DNA of 64,000 bases from Candidatus Moanibacter sp. GTDB lineage: Bacteria > Verrucomicrobiota > Verrucomicrobiia > Opitutales > UBA2987. The DNA is taken from the NCBI GenBank assembly GCA_965215885.1, contig CBDCEW010000100.1, positions 1 through 64,000 on the forward strand, written 5' to 3'. Shown piece by piece: positions 9,788-18,818 of this stretch (within the stretch, counting starts at the first letter, position 1; every line of letters begins with the position of its first letter). A model generated the notes under the pieces. The model worked only from the letters and a program-made list of their open reading frames with translations. It had not been told where the DNA came from and made no database searches. The translations under genes and the position numbers were made by a program.

Positions 9788-10501
9788 ATGGCCGAAGGTG
9801 TGAACCCGGGTGTAATTCTACAGGTTAAAGACCTCTGCAAGTCCTACAACAGCGTAGGGCGCACCATAACGGTACTTGAGAAAGTAAACTTCGTCGTAAA
9901 AGCGGGATCGACGAACGCCATCGTGGGTCCCTCGGGGAGCGGTAAGACGACACTCCTGGGACTCTGCGCAGGCTTGGACGCCCCGAGTTCGGGGAAGGTT
10001 GTTCTGAATAACGTATCCCTGAATGAACTGAACGAAGATGGACGGGCGGAGTTGCGAAATCAAAGGGTCGGCTTTGTCTTTCAGACCTTTCAACTCCTAC
10101 CGACTCTAACCGCCATAGAGAATATAATGGTGCCTTTGGAACTGCGAGGGGAGAGCGACATCGGGGGCCGTGCGGGAGAGCTACTGGAGAGGGTCGGTCT
10201 TGCGGAACGGGCCAATCACTATCCTGTTCAGCTCTCCGGTGGCGAGCAACAGAGAGTGGCCCTGGCACGCGCTTTTATCAATCAACCGAGAATCCTATTT
10301 GTTGACGAACCGACTGGAAATCTCGATGCCGAGACGAGTGAACATGTGGCGGACCTTCTCTTTGAGCTGAACAGGGCGGAAGGAACGACGCTCTTGCTCG
10401 TAACGCACAATCCCTCCCTCGCTTCAAGGACCGAACGCATTCTACGACTTCAGAATGGAAAACTCATCGAGAATCGGAAAGAAGCGAAACCTGACGATTG
10501 A
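9788..10501 (+). CDS. ybbA: ABC transporter ATP-binding protein (YbbA/LolD-like)
   Basis: GPSGSGKTT, LSGGEQQRV, FVDEPTGNLD; conserved tesA-ybbA-ybbP context. Confidence 0.9.
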   Translation: MAEGVNPGVILQVKDLCKSYNSVGRTITVLEKVNFVVKAGSTNAIVGPSGSGKTTLLGLCAGLDAPSSGKVVLNNVSLNELNEDGRAELRNQRVGFVFQTFQLLPTLTAIENIMVPLELRGESDIGGRAGELLERVGLAERANHYPVQLSGGEQQRVALARAFINQPRILFVDEPTGNLDAETSEHVADLLFELNRAEGTTLLLVTHNPSLASRTERILRLQNGKLIENRKEAKPDD

Positions 10502-13037
10502 TAAGCTGCGTTGGATCGCCTCCATGGCTATGCGTGACAGCCGCGGCCACCGAAGGAAGCTGTTTTTGTTTGCCCTCTGTATCGTGTTCGGAATCGGCGC
10601 TCTGGTGGCAATTCAGTCCTTTCGCGAGAATCTAGAGAGCGCAATCGATGAGCAGGCGCAGACGCTCCTTGGGGCGGATCTTTCGATCAGGTCGAGGCGC
10701 CCCTTCAGCAAAGAGGCGGAAACGTTCATAGCTTCGCTTGAGGGTGAACAGGCGAGAGAGACACGGTTTCGATCGATGGCGTTCTTTGTGGAACGGTCCC
10801 GCTCCCGTTTAGTGCAAGTCAGGGCCCTGGAGGGGGCATTCCCATTCTATGGTGAGTTTGAAACCAGCCCGAGGGGAAGCGAGTTCAGGAATATGGATAC
10901 GCCTCTGGCTCTTGTGGAAGAGAGCCTGCTCCACCAGTACGGGGTAATACCGGGCCAGATGGTGAAGTTGGGTGAGCTCGAATTTAAAATCGCGGGTGGA
11001 CTCGTGCGCGTCTCCGGCGAGAACGAGATCCGCGGGATATTTGCCCCTCGAGTTTACATCGACCGGAGACACTTGCCTGGGACTGGACTGATTAAACGGG
11101 GAAGCATGACCCGCTACCGTGTCTATTTACAGTTTCCCAATGGTATAACGCGTTCAATTGAGGAGCGGCTGGATGAAGCGAAGAAAGGTCTTTTCGCGGA
11201 TGAACGTATGCGAATGGACACTGTGGAGCGCAGAAAGCGGAATCTGGGTAGAGCGCTGAACAACATTTACGATTATCTGAATCTGATCGGTTTCATCGCG
11301 CTACTCTTAGGCGGATTGGGTGTGGCCGGCGCGGTCCAGGTATACCTCAAGGAGAAGCTGAATCCGGTTGCGATATTGAGGTGCCTGGGCGCACGAATGC
11401 GAGATGCCTTTGCCATCTACCTCTTCCAGATTCTCGTTGTTGGCCTGGGGGGCTCTCTCATGGGAGCGATTCTGGGAGTCGGTGTGCAGTATGTGCTCCC
11501 TGCCGTGTTGGCCCCCTTTCTGCCGTTTTCGGTCGAACTCTATATATCCTGGAGGAGCATAATACTGAGTGTCGTTTTCGGCTGGGTAGTTACTATTCTT
11601 TTCGCCCTTATACCGTTGCTCACGATACGGAGGGTGACTCCCTTAAAGGCACTACGTGTCTCATTCGAGCTTCCGTCGGGATTAAGAAAGGACCCCGTCT
11701 TCTGGATAGTTGCCCTGATTATCGTGGGAGTAGTGCTGGTCTTCTGTTTCTCTCAGACGAGCAGGCTGCTCTTTGGAATGGGATTCGCAGCTGTTCTTGC
11801 CAGCTGCCTACTCTTGTTGAGCATTTTGGCGAGTGGATTGCGGTGGTCCTTAAGACGGTTCCTTCCGAGGGGTTGGCCCTACCCATGGCGTCAGGGATTA
11901 TCCAATCTTTACCGACCGCAAAACCGTACGCTTTTCCTTGTCGTCATTCTGGGCATGGGCACGTTCCTGGTCTTTACGATATACCATGCCCAAGCGATGC
12001 TCCTTCAGCAGGCTGAATTCAGGAAGGACGATGTTAAACCGAACACAGTGCTCTTTGATGTCCAGAGCGATCAGGTGGAAGCAGTCATACAATTGGTAGT
12101 TGATGCCGGATATCCGGCTCTCGAGGTTGTGCCTGTAGTGACGATGCGCCTTGCCGCGGTGGACGGGCGAGGCGTCGCCGATATTAAGAATGATCCCAAT
12201 TCCGCGATTGAAAACTGGGCGCTTAACTGGGAATACCGCTCCACCTTCCGCGGCCATTTGATCGACACTGAGGAGGTTGTCGCAGGAAACTTCGACAAGA
12301 GTTTCGCGGAGGGCGGAACGGTCCCGCTTTCTGTGGAGGAGAGTATTGCGAAGGAACTAAAGGTGGGTTTGGGCGATACCCTCACATTTGATGTGCAGGG
12401 CGTGCCGATTGAAACTGTGATCTCCAGCATACGAAAAGTTGATTGGGCAAAACTCAGGCCGAATTTCTATATGCTCTTTCCCGAGGGCGTGCTCGAGGAG
12501 GCGCCCGCATTTTTTGCCATTGTCACTCGGGTCCCGGATCGCCTCGCAGTGATCTCCTTGCAGCAGAGACTCGGAGAGAAACATGCCAACGTCTCGTTAA
12601 TTGATCTCTCTCTGGTGCTCGACACGGTCACTGCAATTCTCGACCGAGTCGCCTTCGTCATTCGATTTATGGCCTCTTTTACGGTGGCGACCGGTCTGGT
12701 GGTGTTGGCTGTCTCAGTAATCACGAGCCGTTACCAGCGTATCCAGGAGAGCGCTCTACTTTCTACGCTGGGTGCATCGAGTCGCCTTATTCGGCGAATA
12801 ATGATTGTCGAGTACCTCCTGGTGGGAGCGATCTCTGGCACGGCGGGTGTTTTCCTCTCCCTCCTCTCAGCATGGGGGTTATCACGGTATGTATTTGAGA
12901 TTCATTACACAGTTTCCTGGGGCACCATGCCCCTCGCGGTTTTGATTGTGTGCCTTCTCACCTTGGCGACCGGGCTGGCAAGTAGTCGAGGGGTATTGGG
13001 CCATCCGCCTTTGGTTGTATTGAGGAAGGAATACTAA
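10455..13037 (+). CDS. ybbP: ABC transporter permease, duplicated FtsX/MacB type (YbbP-like)
   Basis: MAMRDSRG...QTLLGADL; two permease repeats (AILRCLGA, ALLSTLGA); the true start may lie nearer 10490-10523. Confidence 0.88.
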   Translation: MENSSRIGKKRNLTIDKLRWIASMAMRDSRGHRRKLFLFALCIVFGIGALVAIQSFRENLESAIDEQAQTLLGADLSIRSRRPFSKEAETFIASLEGEQARETRFRSMAFFVERSRSRLVQVRALEGAFPFYGEFETSPRGSEFRNMDTPLALVEESLLHQYGVIPGQMVKLGELEFKIAGGLVRVSGENEIRGIFAPRVYIDRRHLPGTGLIKRGSMTRYRVYLQFPNGITRSIEERLDEAKKGLFADERMRMDTVERRKRNLGRALNNIYDYLNLIGFIALLLGGLGVAGAVQVYLKEKLNPVAILRCLGARMRDAFAIYLFQILVVGLGGSLMGAILGVGVQYVLPAVLAPFLPFSVELYISWRSIILSVVFGWVVTILFALIPLLTIRRVTPLKALRVSFELPSGLRKDPVFWIVALIIVGVVLVFCFSQTSRLLFGMGFAAVLASCLLLLSILASGLRWSLRRFLPRGWPYPWRQGLSNLYRPQNRTLFLVVILGMGTFLVFTIYHAQAMLLQQAEFRKDDVKPNTVLFDVQSDQVEAVIQLVVDAGYPALEVVPVVTMRLAAVDGRGVADIKNDPNSAIENWALNWEYRSTFRGHLIDTEEVVAGNFDKSFAEGGTVPLSVEESIAKELKVGLGDTLTFDVQGVPIETVISSIRKVDWAKLRPNFYMLFPEGVLEEAPAFFAIVTRVPDRLAVISLQQRLGEKHANVSLIDLSLVLDTVTAILDRVAFVIRFMASFTVATGLVVLAVSVITSRYQRIQESALLSTLGASSRLIRRIMIVEYLLVGAISGTAGVFLSLLSAWGLSRYVFEIHYTVSWGTMPLAVLIVCLLTLATGLASSRGVLGHPPLVVLRKEY

Positions 13038-13291
13038 CCCACATATTTCACCGCTTTGGCGCAAACGGAGTTAAGTGGATGGTGAAGAATTCGTTGCGAT
13101 TTCGGGGGAGATACAGCCTGTTCGCGCTCGAGTTTGCGCCAAAGCTCACATCCATTCTGCTGTACAGCAGAACGGCGTGGCTGCGTTCTCGCGGAAATCC
13201 CGAGCGGTTACGCACAGTAGTGCGCGCCCGCACGGGATTTCGCTCGGGCCTTGCCATCCACGCTTCTGAAAAGTGTGAAATAAGCGGGCGA
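13034..13291. mobile_element. MITE-like element of about 255 bp
   Basis: Ends CTAACCCACATATTTCAC / GTGAAATAAGCGGG; internal perfect 14-bp IR GCTTTGGCGCAAAC...GTTTGCGCCAAAGC; left end overlaps the ybbP stop codon. Confidence 0.6.
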
Positions 13292-13292
13292 A

Positions 13293-13320
13293 GACCCTGC
13301 CGGCAAAGGCCGGCGGGGTC
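13293..13320 (-). terminator. GC-rich hairpin immediately after the epimerase stop
   Basis: GACCCTGCCGGC-AAAG-GCCGGCGGGGTC; weak U tract. Confidence 0.45.
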
Positions 13321-14238
13321 TTAGAGCAGGCTTACTTCGACGACAAAAGAATCCGTTTCGCCCGGTTTAACGGTGCGTAGACCAATTTTGTGTTCGGGGC
13401 TGTTGGGAGGGCCCATCCAGGGTTCGACGCAATAGAAAGGGGAATCCGGCGATTCTGACCAGGTGACGATAGTATAGTTCTTACTTGGGACTGGATCTGG
13501 ACCGGTATAAATGCCGATATCTTCCTCCCCGCTCTTGGGTCCGAACACGACGGGATTTCGTTTTAATCGCGAATGGATTCGGTCTACAAGCGAACTTTCG
13601 TCGAGGGAAGAGACCTCACTGAAATCCTTGAGCCTTTCCAGATGTCCGTCGGAAACATGATAAAATGACCTCTTTGCGGGAATTTCGATTCGATAATCCG
13701 CTCGGGTAGCATCCGGGTGCCAGGGGAGATGAAAGTAGAAATGATGCCCCGCACACCAGGGAATGCTCAGGGTGTCTTTGTTGAGGAGGCTGAGTTCAAC
13801 CTGAAAAGAGATTTCCTCAAATCGGTATTTGATGGAGAACTCGTATTCAAAAGAGTAGGCTTCATGGTCGATGTCGGTCGGTCTCAGGCGGGCAGTGAAG
13901 CCGCCCCTGTCGATAGCGATTAGGTCACAGGACCCGTCGCGACAGAAACCATGTATCGGCATGGGCCTGCGAACATTGTTGTGATTCCAGAAGCCGAGGT
14001 CTCCCTTATAATAGGTGCGCCCGCAGAATGGGAATAGGATGGGATTACCGCCGTGGATATTCGCGAACGCGCCAATTCCGGAAAGGTCCGGCCAGTGAAT
14101 AACATCCCGTATAGTTTCGTCGGCCAGTCGGAGGTTCCAATTCATGAGCCGGGCCCCCCGCTCGGGCCAGGCGATAAAAGTGGAGGCTCCCACCCGCCAT
14201 CTCCTGATAGTTTGCCCCAGGTATCGGACAGTTTCCAA
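13321..14238 (-). CDS. Aldose 1-epimerase (galactose mutarotase-like) family protein
   Basis: GGNPILFPFCGR, MPIHGFCR, GHHFYF, FYCVEPW. Confidence 0.9.
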   Translation of the reverse strand: METVRYLGQTIRRWRVGASTFIAWPERGARLMNWNLRLADETIRDVIHWPDLSGIGAFANIHGGNPILFPFCGRTYYKGDLGFWNHNNVRRPMPIHGFCRDGSCDLIAIDRGGFTARLRPTDIDHEAYSFEYEFSIKYRFEEISFQVELSLLNKDTLSIPWCAGHHFYFHLPWHPDATRADYRIEIPAKRSFYHVSDGHLERLKDFSEVSSLDESSLVDRIHSRLKRNPVVFGPKSGEEDIGIYTGPDPVPSKNYTIVTWSESPDSPFYCVEPWMGPPNSPEHKIGLRTVKPGETDSFVVEVSLL

Positions 14239-14330
14239 TGCCGGATTCTCTCCTTCAGACGGTTTCGCTTTGTAGCTCGAGGATAGGAGGATGTCTCCCG
14301 CTGAGCAGGACAGGTAGTGAAATCTTCGGG

Positions 14331-14673
14331 CTAGGAATCTGTCGGACTTAGCATTCCTAACATTTCAGCGGTGCATATTTCAAAGTGACGGCTCGACATT
14401 CCGATCCAGATGAGACCGACAGATTCCTTGGAAGAAAATGAACCTGAGATTTGAGACATATTGTCATATCTATTCATTTCTCAAATTCAAATCTCACGAT
14501 GAAAGAATGTCGCTTCCGGTCTATCGTGTCAATATGGTCCTTAGCGAAACCGATGTGCAATAATTGATGTGCTTTCCTTCAAATCTCAGATTCATTTTCT
14601 TGATTCTAGCAGCCTGCCGGAATGAAACCGAGTAATCTCTTCGAAAGAGGCATAAAGTCCGACAGGCTGCTAG
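14331..14673. mobile_element. Stack of three adjacent MITE-like elements
   Basis: AGGAATCTGTCGGACTTA..TGAGACCGACAGATTCCT (14333-14428); AAGAAAATGAACCTGAGATTTGA..TCAAATCTCAGATTCATTTTCTT (14432-14601); CTAGCAGCCTGCCGGA..TCCGACAGGCTGCTAG (14606-14673). Confidence 0.75.
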
Positions 14674-14678
14674 TGGGC

Positions 14679-14954
14679 TCAGGTTTGCTGGAGAGCGTCG
14701 CCTCTCTCCTTGTCCAGCTTGAACACGGTTAGGAGCATTATCGAGAAGCCGACGGCCGATGCGATCGTGAGAGCGATAGCGAGGTAAGTTGCCAGCGTCT
14801 TAAGGAGGCCGACATGAACTGCATGTTCGGGATCCATTTCGGCACCCGGATGGTGCATCCATTCCGGAATGCGGTCTGCTATAAACCAGAAGGCCGCCGC
14901 TGTGAGGATAATACCGGCGACAGAACCAATTAGAACCTTGGTATCTCTATGCAT
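14679..14954 (-). CDS. Small hypothetical membrane protein (2 TM, His-rich loop)
   Basis: From ATG 14954: MHRDTKVLIGSVAGIILTAAAFWF...WMHHPGAEMDPEHAVH...TM; the upstream part of the ORF call runs through repeat DNA. Confidence 0.6.
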   Translation of the reverse strand: MHRDTKVLIGSVAGIILTAAAFWFIADRIPEWMHHPGAEMDPEHAVHVGLLKTLATYLAIALTIASAVGFSIMLLTVFKLDKERGDALQQT

Positions 14955-15125
14955 AGCGATTGCCCGTAATTTGTTTGATTGGACGTCTTTTGCAAGCCGG
15001 GATTCGGTGCAGAGATCGAATGCAGCCAGACTGCTCCTCTGAAAAGTGTGAAAAGTGCCGGTTATGCAACCCGCTGAGAAGGGTGACCCTAACCCGGAAA
15101 TTCGTGAGAAAATCGGGCTAATCTC

Positions 15126-15245
15126 GTACAAAAAAGGCGGGCAGCTAATCCCAAAAAGCTACCCGCCAGAGATTTCTACCTAATATATCTCCTGAATATT
15201 ACCCCTAAATATTCGAAAGAATAGAAATCAATATATTAAACCCTA
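15126..15245 (-). ncRNA. Candidate sRNA, sibling 1 of a 3-copy UUUGGGGUA-motif family
   Basis: Minus-strand terminator GGCGGGTAGCT-loop-AGCTGCCCGCC-T6; upstream TTTAGGGGTAA; ECF-type promoter at 15251-15277; AT-rich and non-coding. Confidence 0.55.
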
Positions 15246-15250
15246 ACTTT

Positions 15251-15279
15251 ATAGATTGGATATTGATGAAAACGTTCAA
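15251..15279 (-). promoter_or_regulatory. Putative ECF/sigmaE-type promoter
   Basis: TT-GAACGT-N16-TCTAT; same geometry as the sites at 56476-56504 and 56670-56698. Confidence 0.5.
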
Positions 15280-15419
15280 GAAAAAATATTTAAAGTTCCT
15301 CAAGTGGAGGGATAAGAGCCTTTCGGATCGGTCAGGTGTTTAGTTTGAACCCTGTTCTACCGAGACTTCCTTCACTTCAAGAACGAATTCGAGTACTTTG
15401 TGGGAAAGGAATTGAACCT

Positions 15420-15520
15420 GTACAAAAAAAGGCGGGTAGCCTACCCCAAAACTACCCGCCATAGATATTTTTTGTCTGTTACCCCAAAATTTCCCATTTA
15501 AGGGACTAATTCATGATTGC
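15420..15520 (-). ncRNA. Candidate sRNA, sibling 2
   Basis: Terminator GGCGGGTAG-TTTTGGGGTAGG-CTACCCGCC-T7; upstream TTTTGGGGTAA; possible TTGCCT-N17-AACAAT promoter at about 15527-15555; 5' end approximate. Confidence 0.5.
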
Positions 15521-15600
15521 GGTAGCATTGTTTCACAAATTGCGATGAAAGGCAAGAGTACTCTTCTTCACCCTCCAATTTTAACGGCCTTTTTACGAGA

Positions 15601-15667
15601 TAGGAATCTGTCTGTCTCAGGTTAGGACAGCTATCAGCCTGTCGGCAAAATCCGACAGGCTGATAGC
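15601..15667. repeat. Collapsed MITE ends / 16-bp hairpin
   Basis: TAGGAATCTGTC... then GCTATCAGCCTGTCGG-CAAAAT-CCGACAGGCTGATAGC, matching the ends at 14331 and 14673. Confidence 0.65.
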
Positions 15668-15684
15668 GCGCTTATTCGTAACTG

Positions 15685-15790
15685 GGAAAGAAAAGAGGCG
15701 GGCAGCCTACCCCAAAGCTGCCCGCCACCACTCGTATTCTACTTCTGCAAACTTTGTTACCCCAAACTTGCCAAAAAATCAATTTGGTGC
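15685..15790 (-). ncRNA. Candidate sRNA, sibling 3 (its hairpin may also terminate the porin operon)
   Basis: GGCGGGCAGC-TTTGGGGTAG-GCTGCCCGCC-TCTTTTCTTT; upstream TTTGGGGTAA; 5' end unknown. Confidence 0.45.
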
Positions 15791-15925
15791 CCGTCTGTAG
15801 AATGCTTGCCTATTAGATACTAGTCGGACTATTACCTGATTCCTTTCGCCTTTTTTCTAAGATTTGGATAATTTCAGGGATGATTTTGGGTTTCGTGGGG
15901 GCAAAAGTCCGGAGGCGTCGGTAAT

Positions 15926-17197
15926 TCAGAATGCCGCCTGGAATCGCAATCCGATCGCGACAGCATTGCTTTCGCCGTCAAGGGGATCGAAAATGACCTG
16001 CAGGTCCGGTTGAAGCGTAATCCAGGGCGAGACCGGAATCTGATAGGTGATTTCGAGTATTCGTTCCGTCTTTCCGGTGGGACCTCCGGCGCCTGAAATG
16101 GAGTCGAGGAATTCGTCGCCAAATCGAGTAATGGAAAAAGCGATGCCGAAAAGGTCGGAATTTCGGCCCGGCAAAAGGCCGCTATAGGTGAACCCAAAAT
16201 CGCTGTAAAACCTCACCGTATTGCGCTCTTCGCGCGGACTGAATCCAATTCGAATAAATGAACCCAGCCCCTGATTGGGATCCGATTCCGAGAATAGTGC
16301 CTGATCCCCGACGAAATATAGGGAGGAGTTACCCTCAACCATTAAACCGGAGCCGAGGATCTCGAAATCTCCCGTATGGTAAAACCCGCCAATCTTATAC
16401 ACCCCCGGCATACCGTTAATTTCGATCTCCGAACCGGCTTCTAGAAAAAGCACATATCCACGGGCACCGCCCAGTCCGAACTCGAGACCGTCGTCGTTGA
16501 CCTCCTCTTCACCTGCGTCTCCACTGTAGATTCCAAATTGAAAATTGGCGTTCTCAGCTATCCTGAAGGAGCCCCATAGGCCGGGAGCTCCTAATGGAAA
16601 GATGGGCGCACCAATATTGCCGGATTCCGTGGGTAGCGGACCAAAGGCGCTGTTGATAAAGAGGCCGGCATTTTCGGAAACCATAAAGTCGTCATCGGCT
16701 GCGATCTGCCCGATTCGCATAGCGATCGCCCCATCCCTCCACTCCTTCTGCAACCACGCTTGAAACAGTCTCACAGTGTTGAAGGCAGCAATGTTGCTCA
16801 AAGCATTGAAATCGCCCACGAGGTGTTCGGAGGGATCATCTCCGAAGATCGCGAAGGCTCCGAGGTGAAGGCTTGTGCCTCGCCAGTTCGTGGATTCATC
16901 GAATTCGATGTCGACTCCGAAATCGATGAGCCCTTGCCATACCGACCCGGTCCGATTTCCTCCTTCGATGTTTGCCACGAATTCTCCGATTGAGACGCTG
17001 TAGGGCCGAATCCCGATAGAGTGAAGCCCATCCAAGCCGTTCGGCTCCGCAAGCAGGGAATCATGAGTCCTCCCGAATTCCTCGGCGCCGGCGTCGGCCA
17101 GCCACTGAGTTGTCAGGAACAGGCTGCCCAGCAGGAGCCTTCCTGCCGAGACACGAGCTTTCGATGCAACTTTCACGGTACGAATTCTTTGGAGCAT
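15926..17197 (-). CDS. Carbohydrate-selective porin, OprB family
   Basis: ANIEGG, SNIAAFNTVRLFQAWLQK, RIGQIAADDDF, FINSAFG, EITYQIPVSPWITLQPDLQ, terminal F; TAATG coupling to phnE. Confidence 0.9.
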   Translation of the reverse strand: MLQRIRTVKVASKARVSAGRLLLGSLFLTTQWLADAGAEEFGRTHDSLLAEPNGLDGLHSIGIRPYSVSIGEFVANIEGGNRTGSVWQGLIDFGVDIEFDESTNWRGTSLHLGAFAIFGDDPSEHLVGDFNALSNIAAFNTVRLFQAWLQKEWRDGAIAMRIGQIAADDDFMVSENAGLFINSAFGPLPTESGNIGAPIFPLGAPGLWGSFRIAENANFQFGIYSGDAGEEEVNDDGLEFGLGGARGYVLFLEAGSEIEINGMPGVYKIGGFYHTGDFEILGSGLMVEGNSSLYFVGDQALFSESDPNQGLGSFIRIGFSPREERNTVRFYSDFGFTYSGLLPGRNSDLFGIAFSITRFGDEFLDSISGAGGPTGKTERILEITYQIPVSPWITLQPDLQVIFDPLDGESNAVAIGLRFQAAF

Positions 17198-17976
17198 TAC
17201 CGCACCCAGCGACGCACCCAGAAAGTAAGCTGATCGAGCAAGGTTACGACGATGATGATAACAAGCAGCAGGACGGCGACTTTTCCGTATTGAAAGCCCC
17301 GCACGTAGAGCTGGATATAGTAGCCGATGCCACCGGCTCCTACGAGGCCGAGTACCGCCGCGTCGCGGAAGTTCATCTCAAATCGGTAGACAGTGAAGGT
17401 CAGCACTTGAGGGACGCACTGAGGGAAAAGGCCGAATCGCAAGGTTTGGAGCCAGCTCGCTCCCGTCCCACCTACCGCGTTAATAATGCCTTCGTCTGCT
17501 GTCTCAAACTCCTCCGCATAGAACTTTGCCAGCATTCCGATGGAATGGAAGGCAATGGCGAGAGCTCCCGGGAAGGGCCCGAGTCCGACGGCGGCGACAA
17601 AGATTAGAGCCACAACGATGAGCGGAATCGATCGAATGAAGCCGAGGAGCCAGCGTACGGGCTGTGAGATCCATGTGGGAGTGACGTTGGAGGCGGCCAG
17701 AAAACCGAGGGGAAGGGAGACGATCACGGCCAGGAAGGTGCCGGCCAGCGTAATCATCATCGTCTCAATCGTGGAATTGATCACAAGAACCGTTACACTC
17801 CAATCCGGCGGCACGAGACGAGAAAAGAATTCGGCGAATCGCGGCGCCGCGCCGAGCAGGACACCCGGATCAAATTCTGCTCTATGCATTGACCAGGCGA
17901 CGAGTCCCAAAACGAACGCGCAAAAAGCGACCCGGGCCGAGGCTCTCCGATACCAACGATTGCGCAGGTGTGTCAT
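17197..17976 (-). CDS. phnE: Phosphonate/phosphite-type ABC permease (PhnE/PtxC family)
   Basis: RSIPLIVVALIFVAAVGLGPFPGALAI, YRFEMNFRDAAVLGLVGAGGIG. Confidence 0.88.
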   Translation of the reverse strand: MTHLRNRWYRRASARVAFCAFVLGLVAWSMHRAEFDPGVLLGAAPRFAEFFSRLVPPDWSVTVLVINSTIETMMITLAGTFLAVIVSLPLGFLAASNVTPTWISQPVRWLLGFIRSIPLIVVALIFVAAVGLGPFPGALAIAFHSIGMLAKFYAEEFETADEGIINAVGGTGASWLQTLRFGLFPQCVPQVLTFTVYRFEMNFRDAAVLGLVGAGGIGYYIQLYVRGFQYGKVAVLLLVIIIVVTLLDQLTFWVRRWVR

Positions 17977-17993
17977 GCGACGAATTGATTCAA

Positions 17994-18818
17994 TCAGGCA
18001 CCTCGTAGGCGGGCGCCGGTGTCCGCCGCCATTTCGATCACCTTGTCGTCCTGTCCATTCGCCTGGTAGAGGAACTTGGCGGCTTCTTCCGTAAAATCCT
18101 CGGGAGTGCCGTCATAGACGACCTTGCCCGCAGAAAGGCCGATAATGCGGCTCGCAAAGCGACGGGCGAGGGCCGGTTGGTGGAGATTCACGATGAGCGT
18201 CTCACGGCGTCGGTGCACACAGTCGAGCAAGAGTTCAAGGGCGTCTTCGGCCAATTCGGGATCCAGATTCGATATCGGCTCGTCCGCCAGGATGATGTCC
18301 GCCTCCTGCATTAGAGCTCTTGCAATCGCAGTTCTCTGCCTCTGCCCTCCGCTCAGAGTTTCGACGCGGCGATCGTCCAGTCCTTCGAGATCGACTTCGC
18401 GAAGGATACTTTCAGCTTTTTGCAATTCGCGCTGAGGATACCAGTTAAACATGCTCTTCCACGTCGAGACACGGCCGAGGCATCCGCTCAAAACATTGTC
18501 GATCACACTAAGACGGGGAACGAGGTAGAATTCCTGATCGATCATTGCGATTTTTCGTGCGTGTTCGCCATCCCCGCCGGGTGACGGCTTTCCGAAAGTG
18601 GATCGAAGCACGGTGATTCTTCCCGTCGATGGAGTGAGACGCCCTTTTATGATGCGGGAAAGGGTCGATTTCCCCGAACCGCTGCGGCCCAAGACGAACA
18701 CCCTCTCGGCCTGCGCGATGCTCAACCGGTCGATGTCCAGAGCGCAGGTATTTCCAAAAAGGACGTGAACCCCGTCAAGTTCGATGACGGGGCGAAGACT
18801 ATCATTTGATAAATCCAT
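17994..18818 (-). CDS. phnC: Phosphonate-type ABC ATP-binding protein (PhnC family)
   Basis: GRSGSGKST, LVPRLSVIDNVLSGCLG, LSGGQRQR, LADEPISNLDP, NLHQP; start at ATG 18818 inferred. Confidence 0.88.
   Translation of the reverse strand: MDLSNDSLRPVIELDGVHVLFGNTCALDIDRLSIAQAERVFVLGRSGSGKSTLSRIIKGRLTPSTGRITVLRSTFGKPSPGGDGEHARKIAMIDQEFYLVPRLSVIDNVLSGCLGRVSTWKSMFNWYPQRELQKAESILREVDLEGLDDRRVETLSGGQRQRTAIARALMQEADIILADEPISNLDPELAEDALELLLDCVHRRRETLIVNLHQPALARRFASRIIGLSAGKVVYDGTPEDFTEEAAKFLYQANGQDDKVIEMAADTGARLRGA

Noticed and set aside
15126..15790. Three spaced repeats as a CRISPR array
   Set aside because: Period of about 280 bp, repeats are terminator-like hairpins that differ in sequence, and there are no cas genes
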